The notes under the pieces: generated by a model
Told to the model about the DNA's origin: nothing
Database searches by the model: none
What the model saw: only the letters and a program-made list of their open reading frames with translations
Made by a program: the position numbers and the translations under genes
Part shown: positions 33,501 through 42,743 of the stretch, piece after piece
Numbering within the stretch: the first letter of the stretch is position 1
Layout of the letters: each line of letters starts with the position of its first letter
Source: a virus
Virus record (IMG/VR): IMGVR_UViG_3300032665_001045
Span: 3,519 to 67,518 of that record
Length of the DNA: 64,000 bases
Direction: 5' to 3' (one strand)

Positions 33501-33962
33501 TGCCGCGGCTTGTGCTGCATTAGGATTTTGATTGTCTACGCTGGCCTGTGCTGTATCTTGTGTAGTTGGAGTAATATTTTGTGAAGCTAATGTAGATAAT
33601 GTTGTATCACCATTTGCCGAAAGTTCAGCAGAGGCATCTTGTGCAGCCTGTATATCAGATTGTGCTGCAGTTATTTGATTCTGTATTGCTTGAATATCTG
33701 CGGTTACTTGAGCATTATATGCCGCTGATTTGCTTGGATCAAGTCGTGCTTGTTGTTCAGCTAACTGTGGTTGTAATTCTTGAATCAATTGATTGTCTGA
33801 AGCAACAGTCTTATTTAATTGTGCCACTGCATCAGCGGCGTTTGTTGTGCTGGTTGCCAGCCCTGTACCTGTAGTAGGGTTAGTAACTCGAATAATATTC
33901 GAAGAACTTGATGCAGTATAACTGATTGATGAAGAACCAGCAGTAACAGTTGTTGAGGCCAT
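30519..33962 (-). CDS. Baseplate hub protein (gp27-like) with Q/A-rich coiled-coil extensions
   Basis: NPLHSYPSYTY; FTIIEPYG; LKIIGDP; SGMFRVLTVESTFSGGKFEQTL; lies between gp53 and gp5. Confidence 0.65.
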   Translation of the reverse strand: MASTTVTAGSSSISYTASSSSNIIRVTNPTTGTGLATSTTNAADAVAQLNKTVASDNQLIQELQPQLAEQQARLDPSKSAAYNAQVTADIQAIQNQITAAQSDIQAAQDASAELSANGDTTLSTLASQNITPTTQDTAQASVDNQNPNAAQAAAVNPANQLSTQEQINLSGVPSTQISTDAESAVTSNQSEVNAVGTDYTIAPNFNQTNGPQTEPGGGGYSATNPDSSAALQTPLMNPLHSYPSYTYGISLAMMTIDEYNQVVKTQQYTPKRVIIASAGRYNNTKDPNDPNAFIRAPYFAEDFYFDSLSINTVIGLNEHSRATNAIKTSFTIIEPYGMTLVDRIIKLCSSPDVMARNYVEQPYMLQIDFFATDDTGVIVGVVPNQTKRIPIKILSMNIKASNKGAEYQIEAAPFNHSAFDISTMSTPAHFEVVAGTVASFFQSTESESYLASAQSQRETATSQGIDANGNKVLPDGTIQPVPLTTVNQTVVNVISSDPVYRVKSYGSAYNAWFDDMVKTNKIKVADKIYFKFAPELQNAKFILGQNLSPKDTPMADEATEISMRAGNAGAVNAALDYSTQIFSINTGTSIDMVINYVIRNSDYIQNQLVVPEDFGSDSAAYQAAKLKNKDLPLKWFKVVPQVTLIGYDIIRKVWAREITYNVVTYDIYNTKIAAAPQGTWTKPLKLYNYYYTGKNLDVLDFNLEFNALYYTAVTAYKKNMAATYGLTLYDDHELNPSNYDGIDDPANAVQPMKEKPQTLDARARATGGDITPKDAAAVDTQESLYTSAGGDMLQGQLKIIGDPQYIKQDDTFYAPVNVVDPLSGSTSTPPASSDDRLIADGSLHMDQQEVYIQVTFRTPSDLDESTGLMKFDSDYQKSSLFSGMFRVLTVESTFSGGKFEQTLDIVRLPRQSTLDYVADNQTTQRSADGTAIPTNNVTVAPPTTSSPTTQTTGDVVAPNSAPVEDNPPPITTADQINLSDTANNAPTQDITTQNEPQAVVNTTSIGTNANAPTTPAQVDSQANSQYQSQLQNLSSQLTAAISQRDTLAAQRNSVSSAFTALEDQLISSDPTVADMSTSEIGAKYPQYAQLQGQLNDLSSQVTTLNTQINSLADQASNIQPPPNATTGVVVTYSSNTYGPAPTITLTG

Positions 33963-33965
33963 CTA

Positions 33966-34268
33966 TTATAATCCCAATGCCGCAGTTAATGTTTCTTTTT
34001 TAGGTATAAAGATAGTTGCGCCAGGTAAGAAATCAAATACAGGATCTTGTATTGTATTTGGGTTACGAACCGCAAATACCCACCATAGTGCGCTGCTTCC
34101 GTATAAGTCGTAGGCTAATAGATCTGGACGATTTTTGTATATAATATCAATCTTATATACTACATCTGTAGGATCATTGGGTATGCTAGGAATATTTGCA
34201 ACATCTAAAAATGCTCCAAATGTTTCATTGTTGTAATATGGACTTGCTTTGCTATATGATACAGCCAT
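33966..34268 (-). CDS. gp53: Baseplate wedge protein, gp53/LysM-like
   Basis: RPDLLAYDLYGSSALWWVFAVRN. Confidence 0.85.
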   Translation of the reverse strand: MAVSYSKASPYYNNETFGAFLDVANIPSIPNDPTDVVYKIDIIYKNRPDLLAYDLYGSSALWWVFAVRNPNTIQDPVFDFLPGATIFIPKKETLTAALGL

Positions 34269-35725
34269 TATAGGAATCCTCCGTAACCATTTGTTTTGTC
34301 TTGTAACAATTGACCTGCGGCAAATTTGTTAAGATCAAATCTATCATGTAGATTTTTACGACTGTACACTGGTTTTAACGTAATTGAAATGGTGCTACTT
34401 GTTGGTACTCTTGTTTTAGAAGTTATCTGTGTTGCAGTTGTTCCGGATGGCGTTGATGTAGAACCCGATGTATTAGTTGCAAAATTTGGAGCAACTTGGC
34501 CTGCGTAAGCAGTTGTACCAAAAGGTGAAGTTGCTACAGTCGATCCTGAACTACTGGTTCCACTTGCACTGATAGAACTCGTTGACAACAGAGTTGATGT
34601 TATAGGTATTTCTATATAATCAACATCAGGTGATAAGGTATGAGAAAAACTACTAATTACGCAAGGCACATGTGGAAAGTAATGATCACCGTAACCATCT
34701 AAAAATACTACAGGGGGCGGATTACCTACGTTTGTTCCACTACCAAAAAACATTTTAGTAGAACTTCTAAAGAAATAAATTGCTGCCATTAGATACTGAC
34801 CTTCGTCGATACTTTGTACAGTAAAATCTCCGCTGATAGTTATATCACTAACTTCACTGTTTTGATAAAATTGTTGCGGATAGTTGCTATGTGTCGGATT
34901 TGTTCCAGAGTAGCTTGCCGCATGTGTAACTGTGATACTAGGAGTATAAGGAAAAATTACACCGTTTGTTTTCTTTAACGGCATCATTAAAGAATTTGAT
35001 CCACTAGGATCATTATAGAATATAGTAGCTTTGTCTGCTAGACTAATGCGTATACGCCAATCAGATGCCATAGCAGTGGTGCCATTACTTGTTTGTGTTT
35101 GATAAGATACACTAGGAGATGCGGCTGGCGCACTTGCCGATCCGCCTGCGTTAATACCTGCTGCTGCTAATCGTTGATTTGTCGGATCAGTCAATCCCTG
35201 TACTGATGGGTCATATCCGCCGCCGCTTGATTCTGTTTGATCACCATAATATCCGCCAGCAAAACTTGGTGCACCTGTATTATCCTGTGATACTGCTGGT
35301 GCACCACCGATACTATTAGCTTCATTACCATAACTAGGATTATCAGGATCGTAACCGCCTCCTGTACTACCAATGGCATTAGGATCATACCCACCAATTA
35401 CTGAGAAATCAGGTGCAGGTGCTTCGGTGTAACTATTAGTTGCTGTAGTATCTGCAGGGGTTCCGCTACTATCAGTTGCTACATATCCGGTAGAAGTGTT
35501 GTACGATCCACCATTTTCTGAAATTGGGCCATTAACTGCGGCCGCAGGAACATTAGTGTATGAACCAGTAGTTGCTACGCTATTGAAAAAAGCATCCGAT
35601 GCAGCATTATCAGCTTGCCACTGTTGTTGATCTGCTGTTGATAGTGAACCGTATTCAACCAATTCCCCAGTGGTTGGATCCTGCACTAACGTGTGTGCTG
35701 TCATGTGGTCGGTTAAGTAACTCAT
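34268..35725 (-). CDS. Tail tube initiator/baseplate protein (gp48/gp54-like) with low-complexity N-terminus
   Basis: GVIFPYTPSI...HSNY...G.PPPVVFLDGYG...VPCVISSF. Confidence 0.65.
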   Translation of the reverse strand: MSYLTDHMTAHTLVQDPTTGELVEYGSLSTADQQQWQADNAASDAFFNSVATTGSYTNVPAAAVNGPISENGGSYNTSTGYVATDSSGTPADTTATNSYTEAPAPDFSVIGGYDPNAIGSTGGGYDPDNPSYGNEANSIGGAPAVSQDNTGAPSFAGGYYGDQTESSGGGYDPSVQGLTDPTNQRLAAAGINAGGSASAPAASPSVSYQTQTSNGTTAMASDWRIRISLADKATIFYNDPSGSNSLMMPLKKTNGVIFPYTPSITVTHAASYSGTNPTHSNYPQQFYQNSEVSDITISGDFTVQSIDEGQYLMAAIYFFRSSTKMFFGSGTNVGNPPPVVFLDGYGDHYFPHVPCVISSFSHTLSPDVDYIEIPITSTLLSTSSISASGTSSSGSTVATSPFGTTAYAGQVAPNFATNTSGSTSTPSGTTATQITSKTRVPTSSTISITLKPVYSRKNLHDRFDLNKFAAGQLLQDKTNGYGGFL

Positions 35726-35737
35726 TCATAAAACCTC

Positions 35738-35766
35738 TTGTATAGTGTATTTATAGGCTATATAAT
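35738..35766 (+). promoter_or_regulatory. Putative sigma70 promoter for the gp55 operon
   Basis: TTGTAT-17 nt-TATAAT. Confidence 0.5.
35748..35755 (-). promoter_or_regulatory. T4-type late promoter for the baseplate block
   Basis: Exact TATAAATA on the minus strand, 22 nt upstream of the ATG at 35725. Confidence 0.75.
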
Positions 35767-35794
35767 AGTAGTAGTTAAAAGGAAACCTCCACCA

Positions 35795-36670
35795 ATGAGA
35801 AAGGTAAATTATCTAAATAATAAAGATATTTTAAAAGAAATTCACAAAAGTAAGTTAAATTATTGTAGTTTTATAGATCCAAGTGTTACCAGTTACGATA
35901 CTATCGTTACTAATGTTTCATCAATTACTAAAAAGAATGTCACTGAAGCACGTAGATTGCGGGCCGAGCGCCTGGCTAAAGAAGCACAAGATGCAGAGTT
36001 AGCATTAGGCAACAAACGTAAATTAGATGAGTTTGCTATTCCTGTAGAAAATATCCCAGTTACAGATGTAGTGTTTCGTGTTATGACATGGGACCATATA
36101 CCAATCGACGACGCTAAACAAAAGAAAGCAGATGCCAAAGCCCAGGAAGAATGGGACGAAGATAACTTCGAAACAGAATACGACGAACCCGTTGTAGTCA
36201 AAGGTGCTACCAAGTATGTTAAGGTTAATTTTCCTCCTTTCCAACATTTCCGTGTTAATGAAGACTATCAACCTTACGTAGTGGGCAAGAGTCACTGGAC
36301 TAATGGCCTAAATCCAGGTGAGTTTAGTAAAGATCATGGCCAGATGACACCTAAATTGGCACACATGTTTGTTAAATTATGTGAACGCTATGCTACTAGA
36401 TCTAATTGGCGAGGTTATACATATAACGATGAGATGCGTAGCCAAGCATTGCTACAGTTAAGTCAAATTGGTCTACAGTTTGACGAAAGCAAAAGTCAAA
36501 ATCCATTTGCCTACTACACAGCGGCAATTACCAATAGCTTTACACGTGTTTTAAACATTGAAAAGCGTAATCAAAACATTCGCGATGATATACTTGAACT
36601 TAATAATTATACCCCCTCATACACACGCCAAGGAGACTGGGGTGGTGGTGGCTGGGGAGCAGACGAGTAA
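35795..36670 (+). CDS. gp55: Late-transcription sigma factor, gp55-like
   Basis: NYLNNKDIL...NWRGYTYNDEM...FDESKSQNPFAYYT...SFTRVLNIEK; start reassigned to ATG 35795. Confidence 0.85.
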   Translation: MRKVNYLNNKDILKEIHKSKLNYCSFIDPSVTSYDTIVTNVSSITKKNVTEARRLRAERLAKEAQDAELALGNKRKLDEFAIPVENIPVTDVVFRVMTWDHIPIDDAKQKKADAKAQEEWDEDNFETEYDEPVVVKGATKYVKVNFPPFQHFRVNEDYQPYVVGKSHWTNGLNPGEFSKDHGQMTPKLAHMFVKLCERYATRSNWRGYTYNDEMRSQALLQLSQIGLQFDESKSQNPFAYYTAAITNSFTRVLNIEKRNQNIRDDILELNNYTPSYTRQGDWGGGGWGADE

Positions 36671-37404
36671 TGAATATATTAGTTGTAGGCTGTTCGTTTT
36701 CTGATAGTAGTGGATTTACTGAACCTACTGGTAAGGTATGGCACCATCACATACCTAAAACCCACAATGTAACAAATTTATCAATTGGAGGATGCAGCAA
36801 TTATAAGATATTTGTTAAGGCGTGCACCGAGTTATTAGTTAATCTTAACTACGACTTAATTGTAATACAATGGACTTCTCTATATAGACTAAGTTTAAAT
36901 AAAGGATTAACAATATATGAAAATTTTGTACATTTAACGTTAAATAGCCCTACAGCAGACTATGATAAGTTTTACGATATATGGCAGAAAAATTTTATTC
37001 ATCCTAGGATTGCGTTATCTGAGTTTTTAACATTAATCTCAGCAATGGCTGACTTTTTAACAATACGTAAGTTAAACTATGTCTTTATCAAAGGTAGCGA
37101 AAACTTTTTAAATAGTTTAACCTACCCAGTCTGGCATCAAAGCGATGATGATTTTTTAGATATAGTGTTACATCGATCAGAGTTACCTGACTGGGAGATT
37201 GATACTTATTATAAACCATTGCGAGATCAATATGATGCTATGTCTAAACTAACGTCTGCTAGATGGGTTAATTTAGATCAGCAAGATTGGTTTTCTAATA
37301 TGGTTGATCTAGCCGATGACAAAAAACATGGCGGGGTTTTAGCAAATAAAATGTACTATGATCAATTTAATAATTTTATCAAAACAATTGGAATTAATCT
37401 CTAA
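36670..37404 (+). CDS. SGNH/GDSL hydrolase-like protein
   Basis: ILVVGCSFS (block I), NLSIGGCSN (block II), IVIQWT, C-terminal DxxH (DKKH). Confidence 0.65.
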   Translation: MNILVVGCSFSDSSGFTEPTGKVWHHHIPKTHNVTNLSIGGCSNYKIFVKACTELLVNLNYDLIVIQWTSLYRLSLNKGLTIYENFVHLTLNSPTADYDKFYDIWQKNFIHPRIALSEFLTLISAMADFLTIRKLNYVFIKGSENFLNSLTYPVWHQSDDDFLDIVLHRSELPDWEIDTYYKPLRDQYDAMSKLTSARWVNLDQQDWFSNMVDLADDKKHGGVLANKMYYDQFNNFIKTIGINL

Positions 37405-37422
37405 TTAACATATACTAAACTT

Positions 37423-38439
37423 ATGGCAAATTTATTTAAAAAAGCAGCCGTGCTTACGGATATTCATTTTGGTCTAAAGTCTAACAGTCAACAACACAAC
37501 GACGATTGTTTAAATTTTGTCAAGTGGTTCATTAGCAAAGCAAAAGCAGAAGGATGTGATACTTGCTTTATGCTAGGTGACTGGCACAACAACCGTGCGG
37601 CTATTAATATCGTTACCTTAAACTACAGCCTAACAGCACTAGAACTGTTAGGTAAAGCCTTTGACCGTGTTATCTTTATTCCAGGCAATCATGACTTATA
37701 TTATCGCGACAAGCGTGATATACAATCAGCTGAGTGGGCTAGACACATTCCGAATATTGAAATTGTCAACGATTTCTACAGTGAAGGTGATGTTGCTATT
37801 GTTCCTTGGTTAGTAGGCGATGACCACAAAAAGATTCCTAAGATCAATGCCAAGTATATGTTTGGCCACTTTGAATTGCCGCACTTTTTTATGAATGCTA
37901 TGGTACAGATGCCAGAGCATGGTGAACTACGTGGTGAACACTTTGGCCACATCGACCATATGTTTAGTGGACACTTTCACAAACGTCAAACCAGCAAGAA
38001 CATTACCTATATCGGCAATGCTTTCCCGCATAACTACGCCGATGCCGGCGATGATGAACGTGGTATGATGATACTTGCCTGGGGAGAAGAACCTGTGTTC
38101 AAAGCATGGCCAGGGCAGCCTAAGTATCGTGTGTATAGTCTTAGTGATGTACTACGTACACCAGAAACGCTATTGTTAGCCGATATGCACTGTCGAGTTA
38201 ATATAGATGTTGATATTACCTACGAAGAAGCTACATTTATTAAAGAAACATTTGTTGGCACCTACAATCTGCGCGAACTTACACTAATTCCTGTTAAGAG
38301 TATGGATATTGGACAAGACATTGTTCTAGGCAACATTCAATTTGAAAGCATTGATACTATTGTTACCAACCAATTAACCAACATCAACAGCGAACATTAC
38401 GATCCCAATCTACTACTTGATATCTACAGACACCTATAA
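37423..38439 (+). CDS. gp47: Recombination endonuclease subunit (SbcD/Mre11-like)
   Basis: Metallophosphoesterase motifs DIHFG, GDW, GNHD, GHFE, GHFH. Confidence 0.92.
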   Translation: MANLFKKAAVLTDIHFGLKSNSQQHNDDCLNFVKWFISKAKAEGCDTCFMLGDWHNNRAAINIVTLNYSLTALELLGKAFDRVIFIPGNHDLYYRDKRDIQSAEWARHIPNIEIVNDFYSEGDVAIVPWLVGDDHKKIPKINAKYMFGHFELPHFFMNAMVQMPEHGELRGEHFGHIDHMFSGHFHKRQTSKNITYIGNAFPHNYADAGDDERGMMILAWGEEPVFKAWPGQPKYRVYSLSDVLRTPETLLLADMHCRVNIDVDITYEEATFIKETFVGTYNLRELTLIPVKSMDIGQDIVLGNIQFESIDTIVTNQLTNINSEHYDPNLLLDIYRHL

Positions 38440-38442
38440 CCT

Positions 38443-40215
38443 ATGTTTAGAATAAAAAATCTTACAGTAAGAAACTTCATGAGTGTAGGCAATGCTACAC
38501 AGGCCGTTGAGTTTGACCGTAGAGACTTAACCTTAGTCCTAGGTGAAAACATTGACTTGGGCGGAGATGACAGTGGCGCACGTAATGGTACAGGTAAAAC
38601 TACTATTATCAATGCATTAAGCTATGCTCTATACGGTACAGCACTTACTAATATTAAGAAAGATAACTTAATCAACAAAACTAACGCTAAAGGCATGTTA
38701 GTTACTATTGACTTTGAAGTTAATGGCGAAAGCTATCGTATTGAACGTGGACGTAAGCACAATGTACTTAAATTTTACATTGGTGATGTAGAACGTGAAA
38801 GTAAAGATGATAACAGTCAAGGTGACAGTAGAGAAACCCAGCAAGAAATCGAACGCTTGCTAGGCATGAGCCATGACATGTTTAAACATGTTGTAGCATT
38901 AAACACCTACACTGAACCGTTCTTAAGTCTTAAAGCCAACGATCAACGTACTATTATTGAGCAGTTACTTGGTATTACGTTGTTAAGTGAAAAAGCAGAT
39001 TCTCTTAAAGAGCAGGGTAAAGCTACTAAGGACGCAATACAGCAAGAAGAGTTCAATATTAAAGCGATTACTGATGCTAATAAACGTATCGAAGAGCAAA
39101 TTGAGAGTCTAAAACGTCGACAAACCTTGTGGACTACTAAACACACAGAAGATATCAGTAGATTGCAGACTTCTATCGACGATTTGCAAAAATTAGATAT
39201 TGATGCAGAAATACAAGCACACAAAGACCTAACTGCGTACAATCAAAAACGTAGAGACCTTGCTGATTTAAACACAGCGTTACAGCGTGCCAGCAGTGAT
39301 ATGGATCGCGAACAAAAAACTGTTACAAAACTAGATAAAGAAATTGCTGACCTAAACAATCACAAATGCTATGCCTGCGGACAAGACATGCACGACAGCA
39401 AGCACGAAGAAGTATTATTAAGCAAGGCTAATGCGTTACAAGAAGCGTTAACTGCATATACCACAGCAGAGCAATTACTATTAGAGCTAGGCAATGCTAA
39501 GTCAGCATTAGGTGTATTAGGTCAACAGCCTAAAGTTTACTATGATAAAGAAGAGGATGCTATCCATCATCGTAGCACTGTGGCTAATTTACAAACACAA
39601 TTAGTCAGCAAAACTGCAGAAACTGATCCTTATAGTGAACAGATCGAGGAAATGAAGACCACTGCCTTAGCTGAAATTGATTATACAGTAATGAATGAAC
39701 TAATGCGTGTCAAAGAACACCAAGAATTCTTACTAAAACTATTAACAAACAAAGATTCGTTTATACGTAAACGTATCATTGACCAGAACTTAAGCTACTT
39801 AAATGCCCGATTGAGTTATTATTTAGATAAGATTGGCCTACCGCACACTGTTAAGTTCCAAAATGACCTAAGTGTGCAAATTGAAGAACTAGGTAGAGAG
39901 TTAGATTTTGATAACCTAAGCCGTGGTGAGCGTAATAGACTTATCCTTAGCCTGTCATGGGCATTCCGTGATGTGTGGGAAAGTCTATATCAACCGATTA
40001 ACTTATTGTTTATTGATGAGCTTGTTGATTCGGGCATGGATACTTCAGGTGTAGAAAATGCACTGGCTATCCTTAAGAAAATGACCAGAGAGAATAACAA
40101 AAGTATTTGGTTAGTATCGCATAAAGATGAATTAGCAGGTCGTGTAAACAATATTTTAACAGTAGTTAAAGAAAATGGGTTCACAACATATAACAATGAT
40201 GTCGATGTTACCTAA
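38443..40215 (+). CDS. gp46: Recombination ATPase subunit (SbcC/Rad50-like)
   Basis: Walker A GTGKTT, zinc hook CYAC, signature LSRGE, Walker B LFIDE, long coiled coil. Confidence 0.93.
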   Translation: MFRIKNLTVRNFMSVGNATQAVEFDRRDLTLVLGENIDLGGDDSGARNGTGKTTIINALSYALYGTALTNIKKDNLINKTNAKGMLVTIDFEVNGESYRIERGRKHNVLKFYIGDVERESKDDNSQGDSRETQQEIERLLGMSHDMFKHVVALNTYTEPFLSLKANDQRTIIEQLLGITLLSEKADSLKEQGKATKDAIQQEEFNIKAITDANKRIEEQIESLKRRQTLWTTKHTEDISRLQTSIDDLQKLDIDAEIQAHKDLTAYNQKRRDLADLNTALQRASSDMDREQKTVTKLDKEIADLNNHKCYACGQDMHDSKHEEVLLSKANALQEALTAYTTAEQLLLELGNAKSALGVLGQQPKVYYDKEEDAIHHRSTVANLQTQLVSKTAETDPYSEQIEEMKTTALAEIDYTVMNELMRVKEHQEFLLKLLTNKDSFIRKRIIDQNLSYLNARLSYYLDKIGLPHTVKFQNDLSVQIEELGRELDFDNLSRGERNRLILSLSWAFRDVWESLYQPINLLFIDELVDSGMDTSGVENALAILKKMTRENNKSIWLVSHKDELAGRVNNILTVVKENGFTTYNNDVDVT

Positions 40216-41065
40216 AATATTACATCTAGAACCTACAGATGCTTGTAATGCAGCGTGTCCGCAATGTAGCAGAGAAACTGATCCTACATTTGATAAGTCT
40301 GTGCTACACCATTTAACTGTAGATAATATAGCAGATGCTATTTCAGAAGATACCATCAAAGCATTAGACAAGATGTATATGTGTGGAAATTATGGTGATC
40401 CTGCTGCAGGCAAGCACACCTTAGAAATTTATAGATATTTTCGTAAATTAAACCCCGCAATAACATTGGGTATGAATACCAATGGAGGTCTACGGTCTAC
40501 TGCTTGGTGGAGTTCTTTAGGTGCAATGTTATCTTATCAGAAAGATTATGTAATTTTTAGTATCGACGGATTAAACGATACCAATCACATATACAGAGTA
40601 AATGTTGGTTGGGATAAGGTTATAGAAAATGCGCAGGCATTTATAGCCGCAGGTGGTAGAGCGCACTGGGAGATGCTGGTATTCAAACACAACCAACATC
40701 AGGTAGATCAAGCACAAACATTAGCAAAAGAATTAGGATTTAAATGGTTTCGAGCTAAAGTTAGTCGTCGGCATACTAATCACCCTATATCTTTTTTAAA
40801 TCCCCCTACCGGATGGAAAAATCCTAGTGTAAATATCGGAACTATTGATTGTGTTGCTCTTAAAGAACAAAGTCTATATATTTCTACCAAGGGTATAGTG
40901 TATCCGTGTTGCTGGTTGGGCAATACTAATTATACTTTAGATACTTTTAATAGTATACAGCAATCTTGGGCCGCTACTCCCAATATTATCTGTAAACAAA
41001 CTTGTACAAAAAATGCAACAGGTACAAGTTACTCAAACCAATGGCAACGTGAGGTCGAATTTTGA
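40196..41065 (+). CDS. Radical SAM protein with C-terminal SPASM/twitch-like Cys motif
   Basis: CNAACPQC, GNYGDP, FSIDG, YPCCW...CKQTC; start approximate. Confidence 0.85.
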   Translation: MMSMLPKILHLEPTDACNAACPQCSRETDPTFDKSVLHHLTVDNIADAISEDTIKALDKMYMCGNYGDPAAGKHTLEIYRYFRKLNPAITLGMNTNGGLRSTAWWSSLGAMLSYQKDYVIFSIDGLNDTNHIYRVNVGWDKVIENAQAFIAAGGRAHWEMLVFKHNQHQVDQAQTLAKELGFKWFRAKVSRRHTNHPISFLNPPTGWKNPSVNIGTIDCVALKEQSLYISTKGIVYPCCWLGNTNYTLDTFNSIQQSWAATPNIICKQTCTKNATGTSYSNQWQREVEF

Positions 41066-42078
41066 AATTAGCAACGTGGCATTGGCATATCGAAATATCC
41101 AGTAAGTGTACATTAAAATGTCCGCGCTGTGCTCGCACAGAAGTTCCCGACACCTTAGTAAACACAGAATTAAGTTTAAATTTCTTTAAGAAGAATTTTA
41201 CTCCAGAATTTATACAAGACAACGTAGAAAAGATTACGTTTTGTGGCGACGATGGTGATCCTATATATGCACATAGCTTAATAGACGTGATCGAATATAT
41301 TAAAAGTGTTAAACCAGTGAAATTTGTTATTGTTACCAACGGTAGCTATAAAAATGTTGACTGGTGGGCTAGACTAGGGCAAGCATTAGATCATAATGAT
41401 CATATTCACTTTAGTTTGGATGGATGGGATCAAGGCAGTAACGAACAATATCGTATAAACAGCAATTGGTCGAGTATCATTCAAGGCGTTACTACCTTAC
41501 GCAATAGCAGTCATGTTTATATGACCTGGGATGCTATTGCATTTAAATTTAACGAAGATAAATTAGATGATATGAAATTGTTGGCCAAAGAACTAGGGTT
41601 TGATCAATTTCAGTTGACGTTAAGTACAAAGTTTAATAAAGTATATAGTATATACCCAGAAAGCGACCAATTACAGCCCAAGGATAACTTAATTAGTACT
41701 AACTACAGATTCCAACGGATTTTTACACAATTCAATGAACGTAAAGAAAGTACAGTAGGTGCAAAAACTAATTTAAGATTATATAACCAAGCAGAAACGT
41801 TTGGCGAAGTAACTCCGTTATGTGGAATCGGTAATAAGGGTTTGTTTATCAACAGTCAAGGACATTTATTTCCTTGTTGTTGGGTAGCAAATAGATATTC
41901 ACATAACAACGAGTGGTTAGATGTAAGTAAGAACCAGTTTGATCTGAATCAAAGATCATTAAATGAGGTCCTAAATGACCAGTATTGGAGCGAAGAGTTT
42001 GAAATTTTCTCCAGGACCGAATGTAGGACTAAATGTAATATATCAGTGGTAAATCAGCAGTACGCAACAGAATGGTAA
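41062..42078 (+). CDS. Radical SAM protein with C-terminal SPASM/twitch-like Cys motif
   Basis: CTLKCPRC, GDDGDP, FSLDG, FPCCW...CRTKC; TTG start with GAGG upstream. Confidence 0.85.
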   Translation: MKLATWHWHIEISSKCTLKCPRCARTEVPDTLVNTELSLNFFKKNFTPEFIQDNVEKITFCGDDGDPIYAHSLIDVIEYIKSVKPVKFVIVTNGSYKNVDWWARLGQALDHNDHIHFSLDGWDQGSNEQYRINSNWSSIIQGVTTLRNSSHVYMTWDAIAFKFNEDKLDDMKLLAKELGFDQFQLTLSTKFNKVYSIYPESDQLQPKDNLISTNYRFQRIFTQFNERKESTVGAKTNLRLYNQAETFGEVTPLCGIGNKGLFINSQGHLFPCCWVANRYSHNNEWLDVSKNQFDLNQRSLNEVLNDQYWSEEFEIFSRTECRTKCNISVVNQQYATEW

Positions 42079-42098
42079 TTTCACAAGGAGAAGTAAAA

Positions 42099-42290
42099 AT
42101 GGCAACAAATCATGAACAAATCGTAGCAGCATATGAAGCATACTTAACAGAACATGCTAAATTTGAAGAAAAAGGTGTAGCAGCGGCAGGAACACGTGCT
42201 CGTGGTGCATTAGGCGACCTAGGTAAACTAACCAAAGCTCGTCGTGCAGAAATTCAAGAGAAGAAAAACGCAGCTAAAGCCGCTAAATAA
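42099..42290 (+). CDS. Small basic protein, histone H1-like Hc1 family
   Basis: KFEEKGVAAAGTRARGALGDLGKLTKARRAEIQ pattern; AAGGAG RBS before ATG 42099. Confidence 0.65.
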   Translation: MATNHEQIVAAYEAYLTEHAKFEEKGVAAAGTRARGALGDLGKLTKARRAEIQEKKNAAKAAK

Positions 42291-42293
42291 CTT

Positions 42294-42731
42294 ATGGCAT
42301 CATACGATTATCCTTGGATTTATAACGGTGTAGCATTTGAATCCGAGGATATCGGCACTTATTATGGTTTTATCTACAGAATTACAAATAATATAAATGG
42401 TCACGATTATGTTGGCCGCAAATATTTTACCACAATCAAAAAGAGACCACCTCTAAAAGGCAAGAAAAACAAACGTCGTGAAGTTGTAGAAACAGATTGG
42501 AAGACCTACTGGGGATCTAGTCCGAGACTGCAAGCAGACATCGACACACATGGCAAAGAAAACTTTACTCGCGAAATAATTCACTTATGTGCAAGTAGGG
42601 GCGAAACAAATTATCTAGAGGCATACTATCAATTTAAAGAAAATGTGCTGTTACGAGAAGACAATTATAATGGCATTATCCAAATCAAACTTGGCAAAAA
42701 TTCAGTAAAAGATTTAGTAATAAAGAAGTAA
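42294..42731 (+). CDS. Stand-alone GIY-YIG family nuclease
   Basis: GFIYRITN...YVGRK, YWGSS, GKENFTREI, conserved E (YLEA) and N (YNG). Confidence 0.75.
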   Translation: MASYDYPWIYNGVAFESEDIGTYYGFIYRITNNINGHDYVGRKYFTTIKKRPPLKGKKNKRREVVETDWKTYWGSSPRLQADIDTHGKENFTREIIHLCASRGETNYLEAYYQFKENVLLREDNYNGIIQIKLGKNSVKDLVIKK

Positions 42732-42743
42732 ATTAGCCGCAAT

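Noticed and set aside
41055-41070. Frameshift fusion of the two radical SAM genes at TTTTGA
   Set aside because: No X XXY YYZ heptamer; a GAGG precedes the TTG; each ORF has a complete CxxxCxxC domain
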